Counted from the stretch's first letter, positions 49,949 through 64,000 are shown. The stretch is DNA of 64,000 nt from Octopus sinensis (GCF_006345805.1 NC_043003.1:103912001-103976000); one strand, 5' to 3'. A program made the numbers and translations. The notes: generated by a model not told the origin, from the sequence alone.

Positions 49949-51474
49949 AAGTTGTAAATGTAAACTTTTGCGCAGTCGCATTGCCTGCTAGAAATAACAG
50001 TTATATCTTTCACAAATTGATATCTTAGCTAGGGAGAAATTGTCTTTTATTTGTTCAACATTTTAAAAACCAAAATGAAGCACTGGTTTAATGGAATATT
50101 GTTCAAGACATCAAGAACTAGTCATATTTTTAAAGGGAGATAACAATGGAATATTCACTCAGTTGTTTGACAGAGTTATTGATCTTCTAAATTTGCCATT
50201 ATTTGTCAACCCCCAAGAAAGCTGTTTCAAGGTTTCTGCCTTACAAGAAATAACATCTAAGCCACCTTCAAATCACAGCCTATAGGCATAAAAATTGAAT
50301 GATTCACTGCATAAAAAAGCTATAGATACTCATAAAGTAAAGTCTCATATGTAATATAGTGAAGGGAAAAAATTTAATTTACTGAAATAATGCTTTTAGA
50401 GTGTTCAACCTCCAAAACACAGCACGAAATAACTCGCATTTAAAGTTTTGGAGAATATAAACAAATGCAGTATTGGAGTGAGCCGAGTTTTCAGGCAAAC
50501 TCTTGATCATATTATATGTATACAGTATCTGAAAATACCCTCTGACATTCACCATATCTCGAGTATCATGTTTCTCTAATCATTAACACGCTGAAGATTT
50601 GACATCTAAAAGCTGACATGGTAGAAGCCCACAAGTTTAGTCATTATCGTTTCAACAACAATTTTGGTCATCTTTTTTAATTCAATGTCTCTACCCCTCG
50701 TGGACATGTTTATAAAACGAATAAATAAATAATTGAAAGAATGAATAAATAAAGTTCACAACTTTCAAGAACATTTCCTTTTTCCCTCTTCAGAATCATG
50801 GAATAAATTGCTTGAGTTGGTTATTTGTTGTCAGGATACTATCTTAACAAATTCTATGCTTCCCAAAATTGTCTATTATCCCCAACCTAAAAGTCCTGAC
50901 GAGAATTGCTCTCAGGCTCTTGTTACTCATATTTTCCACTAACCCCCTAAAAAATGCAAGAGTTAGCACACTTCAGATACCAAAGGTCCAACATCAGTTT
51001 GTGCTTGACCCAGGACTACAACTTGATCAATGAAACAAGCTGAGAAAAGACATGTTCAGGGATCATTGCGGAGCTTCCCTGTATAACATTAACCATATCA
51101 TTCGTAAACTTTCATGGGGTCATGGGATGATGCACCTCTTGGCCAATAGAATGTGTCCTTTCCTGAAGCAACAAAAGAACATAAGCTCCAGTCTGAGACA
51201 AGGCATAATGGTCAGATGGCAGTACATAACCAAACTGATGTAGTCATTAAGGATCTCTACCTCACCGTTTAGGACAGCTTCTTTTAGATATTCAGTCAGT
51301 TTTTCTGCACAAACACAGAAACTGCTATCCCGCATTGATGTGCTTCCCCAAGTGTTATTGATGTATTGATGAATGTTATTGATGTATCTATACAATTATA
51401 GAGCCATAATATCACAGTATCATACTGACCAATCCCTTCAAAACTGCTGGCCTTGTTTGATAAGTTGAGTATTG

Positions 51475-53190
51475 ACTCCAGTACTCTTTTGACTTGATGA
51501 TTGTTCCATATATTTCCAGCTTTAAATCCCAATTTCTGGCACAGTTTCCAGTGTAAAACTTAAAACCTGATCGTGTCTCCATTTCTTATATTCTTCCTGT
51601 GCCAACTTGGAGCATTTTTTCCACAATGTGTGCCACTGTCTCATTCCAAGTTTCACAATTTTGTATCAAAATTGCTGGCTTTGTATTTGGCATGTTTCTT
51701 GCTTCTAAGATACTTATGTAATTTTATGATTACATTTAAGGTAGTGATCTAGCGGGATCTTTAGACCATTGGAATAAATGCTTTGATGCATGTGTTCCAG
51801 CTTTTAACATTCTGATTTCAAATTCTACCGATGTTAATTTTGCCTTTCATCTTTATGGAGTTGATACAATAAAGATCAAATCAAATATTGGGATCAATCA
51901 TATTGACTTATCTTCTCCTCTCAAAATTGTCGGCCTTCTGCCTTAATCATCATCATCATCATCATCATCATTTACATATACATACAACAGATTAGGCTGT
52001 TGGAAAAAATTCCTACAGGTAACCTTAGATGCCAAGAACCTTCTTAAGTATCCTAGCAGTCCCTAATAATACTGTTTTCTAGAGCAGCACTAAACTAGGT
52101 TTTATGCATATTTCCTCTATCCATTTGTTCATATCTCTAGGAATAGTTCCTAATGCACCCATAAATACAGGGACACATTTTACCTGCACTTTCTATAGCC
52201 TCTGTAACTCAATAGCTAGGTCTTGATATTTTCTTTTCTCTTTTTATTATTATTATTTTGGTTTGGTTCAGCTTTGGTCTTATTCCTGGTAGGATTTATT
52301 TGGGTAGCAAGTTATTACCTGTAACCTTAGGTATCCACAAATTTTCAGCAGTCTTTCAAGTGCTTAGATCCCTCCTGATAATCCTTGCTGTCCTAAGAGA
52401 CAAACTTTCTGTAGGAGCTCTACCAGGCATTCTGTTTCAATTTCCTTCAGCCATTTGTCTATCTCTTTGCTTACTGTTCCCAATGCACCAATTATTATAG
52501 GCATGACCGTTACTTAAAAAGAAACAGAGAGCCTAATTGTAGCAGCCCAAGATCAAGCAATAAAAGCAAACAACTTGAGGAAAAATAAATATGGAGAGAA
52601 TGTGTCAGAAAAATGTAGAGCTTGTGAAACTTGGAATGAGACAGTTTGCATGCTCCAAATTCTTTCTATTTCAAATTTTAAGGGATTGTATTTTTGATTG
52701 TTTTTCTTCCTCTTTCTTTACAATCTTGAAATCAAACGGGCATCATTATATCTGGTCTATTATTTTCTAACTTCTTGTCTGTTTGAACAAGAAAGTCCTA
52801 CAAAATCTTACATTTCTCCAACTCTAGTACTCTTTTGACTTGATGATTGTACCATATATTTCCAGCTTTAAATCCCAATTTCTGGCACAGTTTCCAGTGT
52901 AAAACTTAAAACCTGATTGTGCCTCCATTTCTTATATTCTTCCTGTGCCAACTTGGGGCATTCTTCCACAATGTGTGCCACTGTCTCATTCCAAGTTTCA
53001 CAAGCTCTACATTTTTCTGACACATTTTCTCCATATTTATTTTTCCTCAAGTTGTTTGTTTTTATTGCTTGATCTTGGGCTGCTACAATTAGGCTCTCTG
53101 TTTCTTTTTTAATTGCCCCTTTTTTAAAACCTAGCCCAGGATTTTGTTCCACATACGTCTTCAGTGACTCTCCAAAATTGACCATGCTGA
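51475..53190 (-). mobile_element. Rearranged R4/Dong-like LINE fragments (CCHC knuckle + restriction-like endonuclease)
   Basis: KETESLIVAAQDQAIKT...CRAC...ETVAHIVEECPKLAQEEYKKWRHNQV, NRPDIM, YQDLAIEL, VPVFMGALG and LLGTARILRRFL motifs. Confidence 0.8.
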
Positions 53191-53289
53191 GGTTTCCCTT
53201 TGATCTGTTTTGATGTGCTCTCTTTGTATTTCACTCTTGTCCTTTTCTCCTATTACATGCTTCATCTTCTGTTCTTTATTAACTGTCTT

Positions 53290-53341
<52 letters not shown>

Positions 53342-54224
53342 GAAAGCTGAAAGCTGGTAGAATTGTTAGCATGTCAGAAAAAATGCTTAACAACATTTTT
53401 TTCAATTCATTATCTTCTAAGTTCAGTTTCTGCAAAAATCAACTTTGCTCTTTATCTTTTGGTGGGGTCAATAAGACAAAGTACTAGTCAATGTAATGGA
53501 CTTGACTCCTTCCCTCAAAATTGCTGGCTTTGTATCAAAATCACCACCACCACCACTTTGGGGTCATTAAAACCTGGGTGTCTATACAGAGCCCAACCAA
53601 CCATAAGTTGTTATCTCCACATCCACCATAAGTGCATACAGACAAGCAAAAGGTCAACATTTATGCCAGTATTTCTGGCTATGACCCTGAGACTCATGTA
53701 CTGTGGTACAATCCTGTAGGTTGGCATGAGGTACATCAGCTCTACATGTCTTTTCACTTCATCCTTGGTCTTAAAAACCAGGCATAAATCCTGCCACACA
53801 GCAGCCACACTCTTCTAATTTCTCAAGGGCGTATGGAAAATCTTAACATTTTTAGAAGGTCTGCGGTATATCCTCTTCTCCATTTCTCTTTTCTGGATAA
53901 ATTCTTGGGGAAAGATGTACTGTCTTTTGTAACATATCTTGTCCACTCTTTCTTCTTTGCCTTCATTTATCTCATGTCAAGTCTCTCTTTTGAACTTGCC
54001 ACATTTGTAAACAAAGGAATATTGTTGTTAGTTTTGTTGCTGCTGTTTGAGTTGTTTCTTTTTCAGTCAAAATCCATATGTTTACAATAAAAATTTTTTT
54101 GTGTCATCTATTGTATAACCGTGGATACTTAAGCTTGAGGCTTTCTCTGTATCTTGATTTTATTCATTTTATTTTTTTTAAATTCTGTCCTTTTGTTTGA
54201 AAATAATTGCTTGTTTATGTTATA

Positions 54225-55515
54225 ATAATAATGAAACTATTGTACACAGTGCTCAGGTGCACCACAACTTGTCAAAAGTGCGTATAAAGTATATGCAGTA
54301 ATGTACAAACGTCTGGGAAGTGAACAGTGTATGAGTCAGATACATGCTTGCGTGTGTATGGAGGGGAGAAAATCAGGTGTAGTGTTGGCGAATCTCAGGA
54401 AGCATGGAAGTTTTGAAGGATACAGTGCTCCAACAACTAACAACTGATGCTGGCAGTTTGTTCCATGCTTCAGCAACTCTTGGCGTAAAAGTCATGCTTC
54501 CGAAAGTCATGGGAGCTGTGCTGTTTTCTGACTTTGTAAACATGTCCATGGGTGTTAGACGGGTGGAATTTGAAAAGGTACTCAGAGTTATTGTTTGTAA
54601 GATGGTTAATAATTTTATGGGTGTTTGCCAAGTCAGTTGTCAGATGTTGGAGTTTCAATGTATCCATGCCCAGGTAAGTAAGGCATTCAGAATATGGCAA
54701 ATGCCTGATGAATTCTCTTGGTTGCACGTCACTGAACGATTTCCAGACGATTAATATCCTGGGCAAGATAGGGGTTCCACACCAGTGATGCAAATTCCAG
54801 TTGAGGCTGCACCATAGCTATATAAAGCCTCAAATAGATAGCCAGAGAGTGGCTCACAAGGAACTTGGTAAGTGATGCCAAGACACCCTCAGCCTTCTTG
54901 GCAATTTTAACAATGTGTTTTGTCCAACACAAATCGCTGTTGACAATAATATCCAAGTCACATTCACACGAAGACTTTTTGAGATTAGTGTTGTGGAGGG
55001 AGTAAGTAGACACTGGGTTTTTCCTCCCAAAATGCATGGTGGTACATTTGTCCACAGCCAGTTTGAGTTGCCAGTCCATGATCCACTGCTGCATTGTATC
55101 TAGGTCTGCTTGCAATAGAGATCTATAGTGTACAGGTTCTGACCTCTTTATTTCGAGGTACAGCTTGATGTCATTTGCATATTTCAGCACTGTGGGATTC
55201 TTTAAGTTGGCATCTATGTCATTAACATATGCAACAAATAAAAGGGGGCCAAGAACAGATCCCTGTGGTACACCAGATGTCATATCATAGGGTGAAGAGT
55301 GCAGCCCTAGAACTGTGACAACTTCTTTTCGGCCGATAGTGAAGGACTTCAACCAGTTATAGAGATCATCTCTTACACCCATTGCAGAGAGTTTCACCAT
55401 AAGTCTTTTGTGTAGCACATAATTAAAAGCCTTAGCAAAGTCCAGGTAAACAACATCCACCCAGGAGCCACCATCAGTGATTCGGGTAATGTCCTCAAGA
55501 AGCTCGATGAGGTGA
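54225..55515 (-). mobile_element. CR1 LINE, 5'-truncated
   Basis: VDVVYLDFAKAF, SGVPQGSVLGPLLF, KYANDIK, HFGRKN, LEFASLVWNPYL and THGHVYK motifs. Confidence 0.92.
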
Positions 55516-55848
55516 TTACATGTTGTTGAGATTACTGCTCCCACCACTGAGGTGAACGTCCTTCCCTGCTACCTCTGAGGCAGACATCTTGCAATGCATG
55601 TACATGTTGTAAATGACAGAATGCCAAAAATATTTAAACAGTTTAAAGTGTCTAAAAGCAAACTTTTCTTTTATGCTTTCCTTTAGCAAAAGTGGCCTCA
55701 GTTGGAACCTGGCCATGATAAATAATAATTAGCAAAATTGGAACAAAAATTACATTTTTTTTTTGTGGAGTTTTGATATCTGTCCACTCCAACAGATATG
55801 CTGCTGCTGTCGCTGCCGCCAATAATTAACAACAACAACAATAATAAT

Positions 55849-56390
55849 AGCCTTGATGCAGCACCAGGCAGTGGCTCTTATGGTTTCTGATTTTAAATGG
55901 TTAGAAATGTTATTATGTACATGTTTTGTTTTGATGGGCTACAACAAATATTCTGCTCAATACCACAGATTTGCTTGTCAGTTGTTTGACCTTAACCAGT
56001 TGAGCATGTCCCTTAGTGGTTGATGATATGTGCATTTCTGATCATGAGCCAGAATAGTAGGGGAGTATCATAGCTATGTGTTGAAAGAAATTCTTTGAGG
56101 TTTGAATAATTCACTTCTGGAAACAACCTTTATTCAGGGGCCTTTTGAAGGATATTGGCCTGAAGGATATTCTAACTAGGCCCCACCTGCAAGGTCACAT
56201 AATGTTTATCTTGACATGAGATCATGATATCATGCACATATCATTGTGATACATGTAACTGGCGTAACCTTATCAGATGGATAGTCATCATAGGTATATT
56301 GGGTTTTGTATATTTGTACCCTAGTGTCACTGTGATGGCATGCACTGCTCTCTCACTCGATAATAATAATAATAATAATAATAATAATAG
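55849..56390 (+). mobile_element. Probable LINE 3' UTR repeat with (TAA)n tail
   Basis: Matches 6222-6735 in the opposite orientation. Confidence 0.6.
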
Positions 56391-56857
56391 TCATTGATAT
56401 GACTGTCCCAATCGATATAAACATATCTGTCAAGACCTACCAAAAACTGAGCAAATATAAAGATCTTAAAATAGAAATCAGCAAAATGTGGAACCTGAAG
56501 ACTAAAACAATACCTGTTGTCATAGGTGCCCTGGGAATGATAGCAAAAGGGACTGATTGCTACCTAACTCAGATACCAGGAAACCCCAAAATGGCAGAAA
56601 TTCAAAAGATAGTGCTCATGGGAACTGCTCATATCCTACACAAAATACTCTCTATGTAATCCCAAGGTTTAAAACAAACTTTTTTTTTTTTTTTAAATCT
56701 ATGTATTAGACATTCACTAGTACAACACCAAAAAACCCCCGAAATATATGGCACACTAGGCATAACAACAACATGAACTTCAAACCTGTTGTCTCTTGAG
56801 GTCTCTGGGTGAGACTTGGAGCCAACTTGTACAGACATAAAGCAAAAGTCAAACATA

Positions 56858-56900
<43 letters not shown>
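56391..56900 (+). mobile_element. R4/Dong-like LINE 3' end inserted in (TAA)n
   Basis: IDMTVPID...KLSKYKDLKIEISKMW...IPVVIGALG...IQKIVLMGTAHIL, with (TAA)n on both sides. Confidence 0.85.
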
Positions 56901-56905
<5 letters not shown>

Positions 56906-57810
56906 TTTCAAAATTTAGCACAAGACCTGCAGTTCTGGGGGAGGGGTTAAGTTGATTACATTGACCCTAGTGTTTGACTGGTACTTATTTTGTTGACCCT
57001 CAAAAGGATGAAAGGCAAAGTCAACCTTGGTGGAATTTTAACTCAGAACATGTGGATGGACAAAATACTGCTAAGCATTTCGTCCAGCATGCCACCAATT
57101 CTGCCCACTCACAATGATAATAAGAGCATCACAACAAACCACAGCACATACCCAAGCTACACAGAGCTGCGCTCATTAGTGCAGCGAAAGCACATGATAA
57201 AAATAAGACTACTGAATAATAATAATAATAATTATAACAAAAGCAACAACAGCAACAACAATAATAGCCCCAAATGAAATAAACTTCCCATCCTCCACTC
57301 TGCTTATCAAGGTGTATATTTAGATTATCGCTGTCTAATAGTATTGATTAATCAATAACACTAACGCTTTCATTATTTATTTCTTTTATCCTTAAGCAAC
57401 TCTCAAATAAATTTGGATTAATCTGGTCGTATGACTGAACTGAAAGGTGAAAAATCTGATTAAAAAATACTTTAATGACTCATGATAATAACGACAGTAG
57501 TAATAACATAATTACTAGTAAACAACTTGTTTTGTGTGATGATAATTAAAATTTAAATATCTATATTTTGGGGATATTATTTATACTTGGAAGTTGAAAT
57601 TTTTGTTAAAAAATGGTCAGCTCTGAAGTAGTAATAGTAGTAGTAGAAATGATAAAATAATAACAGCAACAATATTGATGATGATAGTGGTGTTGATGAT
57701 AAGATGATGATGATGATGATGATGATGATGACAGTTTATTTCTACAAGGATAACAGTGGTGGTGGGGATTACAATGACAAATTACAAATTGGTGGTGGTT
57801 TTTCATTGAA

Positions 57811-58590
57811 TCATCATCATCATCATCATTATCATCGTTTAATGTCCATTTTCCGTGCTAGCACAGGTTGGATGGTTCAACCGAGGTCTGGGAAGCCAGG
57901 AGGCTGCACCAGGCTCCAGTCTGATCAGGTAGTGTTTCTACAACTGGATGCCCATCCTAATGCCAACCACTCTGTGAGTGTAGTGGGTGCTTTTTATGTG
58001 CCACCGGCACAGAAGCCAGTCAAGGCGGCGCTGGCATCGGCCACGTTCAGATGGTGCTTTTTACGTGCCACCGGCACAGGTATCACAACTACAATTTCCA
58101 TTTGATATTTATTTTGATGTTGATGTACTTGACTCAATAGGTCTCCTCAAGCACAGCAGGTAACCCTACGATCCAAGGTAAGCACAGCAGGTCGTTCTGC
58201 AATCCAAGGTACTTCAGATGAGCTGGGGCTATGCGAAACTGGTGCAGGAAGCAGCCGTGAACTCACATTATTTGTCGGGTCTTTGCAGTTACAGCATATC
58301 TCGAGAGATCTTGGTCTTTTGTCATTGCCTCTGTGAGGCCCAACATTCAAAGGTCATGCTTGAGCACCTCATCCATGTCTTCCTAGGTCTACCTCTCCCC
58401 CGGATACCTTCAACTGTTTGGGAGTGGCACTTCTTCACACATCTCTCCTCATCCATCTGTGGTACATGACAATACCAGCGCAAATGTCTCTCTTGCACAC
58501 CACATCTGGTGCTTCTTATGTCCAGCATTTCTCTCAGGGTGCTTACACTCTGTCATGTGTGCGTACTGACATTACACATCCAGCGATAAG
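57811..58590 (-). mobile_element. RTE LINE 3' fragment
   Basis: LDIRSTRCGVQERHLRWY.HV..MDEERCVKKC...RGRGRPRKTW, with 3' UTR and (GAT)n tail. Confidence 0.88.
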
Positions 58591-58753
58591 GGAAAGCAAA
58601 TAAATATATAAAATGATAAGAAAATTGTTGTGTGTCTCAATAAGAAGATCAACTAGAGAATCCCACAGATAACAGATTATCCTGATTACTAAGAATAAGC
58701 GCACTCTTCTAATTGTTACCTCCAGCCTACAACTTCATGTTCAGAGTTAAGTA

Positions 58754-59867
58754 TGAGGGTGAACTAAAAAGTTCATACCCTGACTATGAAGGAATGATGT
58801 TAGAGCTGTGAAATCTCACATGCATTACCTTCAACTCTACTTATGAATAACTGCATTGTTTCTTTCCAGATAAACTGACATCTGACTGTTCAAGGAAGAC
58901 TTCAAAGAAACTAGTGGTGACTTCTCGTGAAAATCGACAAAATTTAGCATTGTGCTGTTATCAAGTAGCTACAGAAAATGAGTTTAATTCCCAAATACAT
59001 TCATGCTGACATGATTGCTAAATTATGGAATGATGTTCCAGCTTTATCAACACTACAAAAGTGCACAGCTGAATTATAGTGTAGTTTTGAAGATGACCTA
59101 AGGTCTGGACATCCTGCAACTGCCAGCACTGAGGGAAACATTGATTGTGGTCACCATATAGTGATGGATGAGAGATGAGTGCACGAGGCTGATTATATCA
59201 CAGGAAAATCTGACATTGTTTGAGGCAGATCCAGCTGGTTTCCTTGAATGTTTCCTAACCCAGGATGAGGGTTGGGTTCATCACTTTGAGCAAGAGACAA
59301 AGAGACCATCCATGCAGTAGAAATACCCCTCCAGGTCAAGGTTGTTTCATTTGCAGAGAAGGTGATGGATTCAATTTTTTGGGATGCAAAATGTATTGTG
59401 TTTATTGACTATCTTCAAAAGAGCCACACTATCAATGGAGAGTATTATGCCAACTTCATGAGGCTATCAAGATCAAATGCCAAGGAAAAGTGATGAAAGA
59501 GGTCTTGTTCCATCAGGACAGTGCTCCAGCACACAAGTCCTTACTCTCAGTGGCTGCTGTGTGTCACTGTGGCATTGAACTGGTTCACACCAGTTCCCTA
59601 TTCTCCTGATTTGACCCCATTTGACAATCATCTGTCCCTCAACATGAAAAAAAACATAGCTCACAGTGATGATGGCATCTTATCTGCTGTTGATGACTTT
59701 TCTAACCAATTGGATACAGGTTTCTTCATCAATAGGATCAAACACTGTATCACAGATCGAAGATTTATGTGGGCCACACTATAAGCCTCATTTGCAATAT
59801 AAACCTCATTTAGTCACATTCTGAGAGAGTATCTTGGTCAACCTATAAACTTTTCAGCCGATCCTTG
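58754..59867 (+). mobile_element. mariner transposon, decayed
   Basis: TQDEGWVHHFEQETK, KVMDSIFWD..CIVFIDYL....TINGEYY, LFHQDSAP and PYSPDLTPFD motifs. TA-flanked TIR-like ends. Confidence 0.82.
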
Positions 59868-60204
59868 TATTTCCTTTTCTATATTCACTTTTCTCATTAA
59901 GTATCTCTTGAAGAAGTTGATGATGGCTTAACTAGAGTTTCCCAGAAAATGTTATCACTTCTGTCTGCCACTAACCCTCTATAGAACATCTTCTTTGAAA
60001 CACATAATATATTTTCTATGCTCTCTCTTGGATTAGATCCTACTGTAAAGAGACACTGCTTGGTTATACAAAAGACACCGAACTAAGGTTTTCTAGGAAT
60101 CATGTTAAATCTAAAAATTTGTGTTGTGACAGATTAACCTTAGTACAACTACAAAATGAATGAGTTGGAATATTTGTTTCAGTGCAAGTTCTGTTATTAG
60201 TATC

Positions 60205-60568
60205 TTTTATTGTTTACTAGTTTCAGTCATTAAACTGTGACCGTGCTAAGGCACTGCCCAGAAAGAATTTTATTTAGTTGAATGAATCAACCCTAGTACT
60301 TGGTCTTTTGTCTCTTTTGCTGAACCACTAAGTTACAGGGCCGTAAACACACCAACAGCAGTTGTCAAGTGATGGTGGGGGACAAACAGACACACACACA
60401 CACACACATGTGATGGCTTCTTTCAGTTTCTGCCTACTAAATCCACTCACAAGGCTTTGGTTCGCCCGAAGCTATAGTAGAAGACACTTGCCCAAGGTGC
60501 CGCATAGTACAACTAAGCCTGGAACCATGTGATTGGGAAGCAAGCTTCTTACCACACAGCCACACCTG
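60205..60568 (-). mobile_element. SINE family A
   Basis: Reverse complement of family A. Confidence 0.75.
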
Positions 60569-61297
60569 GGCTATTCAAAACATTTCTTTTATCTATTAAA
60601 CGTACATTATTTTCTTCTTGTTCATTCTGTGGTAGACTTTGCTTTTGTGTTATCTCTCTTGCCCTGTTCGCTGCTGTATTATTTTACATTGTACTGGGGT
60701 TACATTTGGTAGATATTTTGAATGTGAAATGCAGTGAAAATTGTGTGAGCAAATAAAATTCGTTAAAACCAACCGTTTTTTTTTGTTTCCTTTGGAGTAT
60801 CAAGTAAGGCTTAAACCATCCTCATGTAATTAAAATCCGGTTTGGCGAGTGATCTAAAGAACTTTTCATTTGGTAAAACTTGAATGAGGTTGTGTTTTAA
60901 AGAGAAAATAAGGAAAGAAAGTGTTTATTTTACAAGAGTCACTTGTACATAATAACATTTCTAACTATTTAAAATCAGAAACCATAAGAGCCACTGCCTG
61001 GTGCTGCATCAAGGCTATTATTATTGTTGTTGTTGTTGTTGTTGTTGTTGTTAATGTATCAAAACAGGTTTAAAATTTAGTTATACTAAACAAAAGTGAC
61101 CCATACACTGAGGAGTAAAAAAGTCTTCATTTAAGAAGGATCAAGGTATCCCACAGCTCAGGTCACCCTCCAACCAACCACCTTCAGCAAAATGAGTCCT
61201 CTCAATTTGTCTGTGAACATCTTCAAGTTTCCGTGAACTGTGATGCCTTTCATTTATTGCAGTTTGTTAACTATATTTAGATTTGTAATGTTTTACT

Positions 61298-61805
61298 GAC
61301 AGCACTGTGTAACAAATTTATTATGTTTTTTTCTTGTGTGTGTCTTTGGTCAATAAGTGTTATTTCCTATTTGCTTCAATCTAAAAATTAAAGGAAATGA
61401 CAGTTATTCCCTTCAAATTTTGCTTTTGTGACCTGGACATCAATGATTTGAAACTGAGCTATTTTCTTTTAAATTTCAGACAGATTCAGCACTGAATTGC
61501 TGTAGCAGAAATTTTGCTATAACAAATATTCGGCTCAATAGCGTGGGTTTTCTTGTCAGTTGTTTGATCTTAATTGCTTGAGTCTGTCTGTTTGTGGCTA
61601 ACTATATGTGCACCTCTGATCATGAGCTGGAGTAATGGGATAGCATCATAGCCATGTGCTGAGAGGGGTTCTTTGGGGATTTAATAAATGTAACAAAAGC
61701 AAAGTTTGAAGGAAATATTAGCTGTTTTTCATAATTTCTAGGGGTAAGCAATTAGGAAATATCAGTTGCTATCCAAAGACAAAAATCATGTTACACAGAG
61801 TTGTC
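61298..61805. mobile_element. Old inverted-repeat element (arms ~61298-61432 and 61690-61805)
   Basis: cttcaaattttgcttttgt / acaaaagcaaagtttgaag, tatttccta.ttgct / agcaattaggaaata and gtctttgg / ccaaagac are mirrored. Confidence 0.5.
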
Positions 61806-62004
61806 ATTAAATTGTTAGGAAGCACCTGTCATCTACTGTCATGAAATTGTTAGACATCACCTGTCAACTACTCTCTAGTAAGTCTTACAAGCTGCATCAC
61901 CAAACTGTTGGAGTCTTGTGTCAGGGAAACACTCTGGAACTTTGGGAATTCTCATAGCCTTATTCAACCCTCACAATTTGGATTTATCCCTAACTCCAGC
62001 TGTT

Positions 62005-63229
62005 GTGGCTAACTTATCAAATTTCTTGAAGACACCACCTGAGTCACTGATGGCAGCTCATAAGTGGATGTTATCTAACTTGAATTTGCTAAAGTCTTCA
62101 ATTCAGTACCATACTTATGGTAAAATTCTCTGCAACGGGTGTGAAAGATGATCTTTATAACTGGTTGAAGTCCTTCATTCTTGGTCAAGAAGAGGTAGTC
62201 ATAGTTTTATGACAACATTCTTCACCCTATGAGATGGCATCTGGTGTACCATAGATATTCGTTCTTAGACCCTTGTTGCTTGTTACATATATTAATGACA
62301 CAGATGCCAGCTTGAAGAATGTTACAGAGCTGAAATATGTAAATGACACCAAGCTGTAACTTGAGATAAAAAGAACAGATCCTATCTACTATAGATCTTT
62401 CCTACAATTGGATCTGGATACAGTGCAGCAATAGATTAGTGACTGGCAACTCAAGTTAGCTGTGGGACAAGTGTACCACCCTGCATTTTGGGAGGAAAAT
62501 CCCAGCTTTTACATACTCCCTGTACAACACCAATCTTAAGAAATCTGCTACTGAATGTTATCTGGGCATTATTGTTAACGACAATTTGTGTTGGACAAAC
62601 TGCATCTCTAAAATTGTCAAGAAGGCCAAGGGTGTTTTAGCATCTCTCAGTAAGACTTTTGTCAGCTATTCTTATGGCTATGGTATGTCCATACTTAGAG
62701 TTTGCATCACCAGTCTGGAACCCCTGTCTTGCTTAGTATATCAATCTCCTGAAAACCATTCAGAAACTTGCAACCAGATGAACACCTATCATCAGACACC
62801 TACCATGTCTTGGTTCCCTTGGCATGGACACACCAAAGCTCCAACATGTGGTAACTGATGTGGTAGACACCCACAAGCTTATCTACTATCTTTCCAACAA
62901 CAACCTTTGGACACCTTTTTGAATTCCATTTATCTTAACACTCATGGACATGCTTACAAAATCCAAAAGCAACACAGACCCATAACTTTCAGAAACATCA
63001 GGATTGCTGAAGCATGGAATAAACTACCTGCATCAGTAGTTGGCTGTCAGGACACTGCGTCCTTCAAAACTTCACCAATAGTATGCCTGATGCCCCCCAC
63101 TTTTTTTTTAATTAACAGCTTGTTTACTTTTTACTTCCTGTGCACTATTCTATGTACTGCTCATATACTTTTGACTACTTTTTCTGATGAGTTGTAGTGC
63201 ACCTGAGCACTGTATACAATAACTTCATT
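62005..63229 (+). mobile_element. CR1 LINE, degenerate copy
   Basis: Collinear with the reverse complement of 54225-55515, with many stops. Confidence 0.85.
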
Positions 63230-64000
63230 CATCCATAACAGTTCTTCAGTTCCTTAATCAGCACAATATTACCTTCATTCTCATTCAGTTTATTTGGATC
63301 TTCCAATTGGTCCTTCCAATTGGTACAGATTTAGACAACTGTGAAGTTCACACTCTTCACAGGGTTATGCGCTTCTTAATGAAGATTTCTAACATATGAC
63401 ATGCCTATTCTCTGGGCAAGTCTTTTCCTTTATTTCTATCTTTCCGTAGTCTCCATCTCTTCCTCATTACCACAAAATGACGGCAAAGTCAACCTTGGCA
63501 GGAACTCAGAATGCAATGATAATGATTTATTTTATTACCACACGGGAGATGGAGGACATTACAAATTACAAAATGATGTGGGTGGGAGTTAGACTGAATG
63601 TGAAAAGCAACAACAAATAGAAATAAATAAATATGTGTCCTAAAAATGAGGAAAAAATTACCAAAAGCCACCCAGGAAATTCTGCAGATTAAAGATTTAG
63701 TTCACTCTCCAAGTTGTAGTCCCCAGTCTACACCTGAATGTTTAAACCTCTGGCATCCAGACTACTCTATTAAATGTAAGACATATTTATTCCCATTGTT
63801 TTGAATTGACCATGCATTATCTCACATCTTTGAGATTTTGGTGATGTGATTATTTATTTTTAGAATCACATTGTAGAAGAGGTGGGATATGGCCAGTCTG
63901 AACACAAAATAGGTGGAATATTTGGGCCAATTATGGCCAGTTTAAATGCTAAAGGATTAAAGTAAGCCCACTCAACCATACTCACTACTCCCATCCATGT

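Noticed and set aside
50896-50920. Further hammerhead candidates (ctgacgag here, ctgatga at 27143 and 63184)
   Set aside because: No properly placed GAAA box with a closing stem II and stem I.

Overview
Eukaryotic, AT-rich, extremely repeat-dense DNA. It is most consistent with an octopus (coleoid cephalopod) genome, an inference from the SINE/LINE repertoire, the microsatellite load and the finger-only C2H2 genes. The host-gene content is a cluster of three C2H2 zinc-finger genes, each with one large coding exon: 12328-13032 (+, 8 fingers), 24564-25181 (+, 7 fingers plus a decayed first finger) and 40392-41315 (-, 10 fingers). The first two are tandem paralogs whose CpG-rich promoter/first-exon blocks (~4170-4480 and ~21065-21320) are also homologous. 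The rest is mostly transposon debris: RTE, CR1, R4/Dong-like and Penelope retroelements, tRNA-derived SINE families, Tc1/mariner and hAT remnants, piggyBac-like, hAT-like and GG..CC/8-9 bp TSD MITEs, Helitron-like pieces, a 31-bp minisatellite and long palindromes. Most notable: a C4HC3 PHD-like finger inside the RTE reverse-transcriptase ORF, two decayed hammerhead-ribozyme motifs, a LINE tail forming the 3' UTR of one ZNF gene, and several short local templated duplications. No CRISPR, rRNA or true tRNA genes were found. Coordinates of decayed repeats are approximate, and most short ORFs in the track are spurious.
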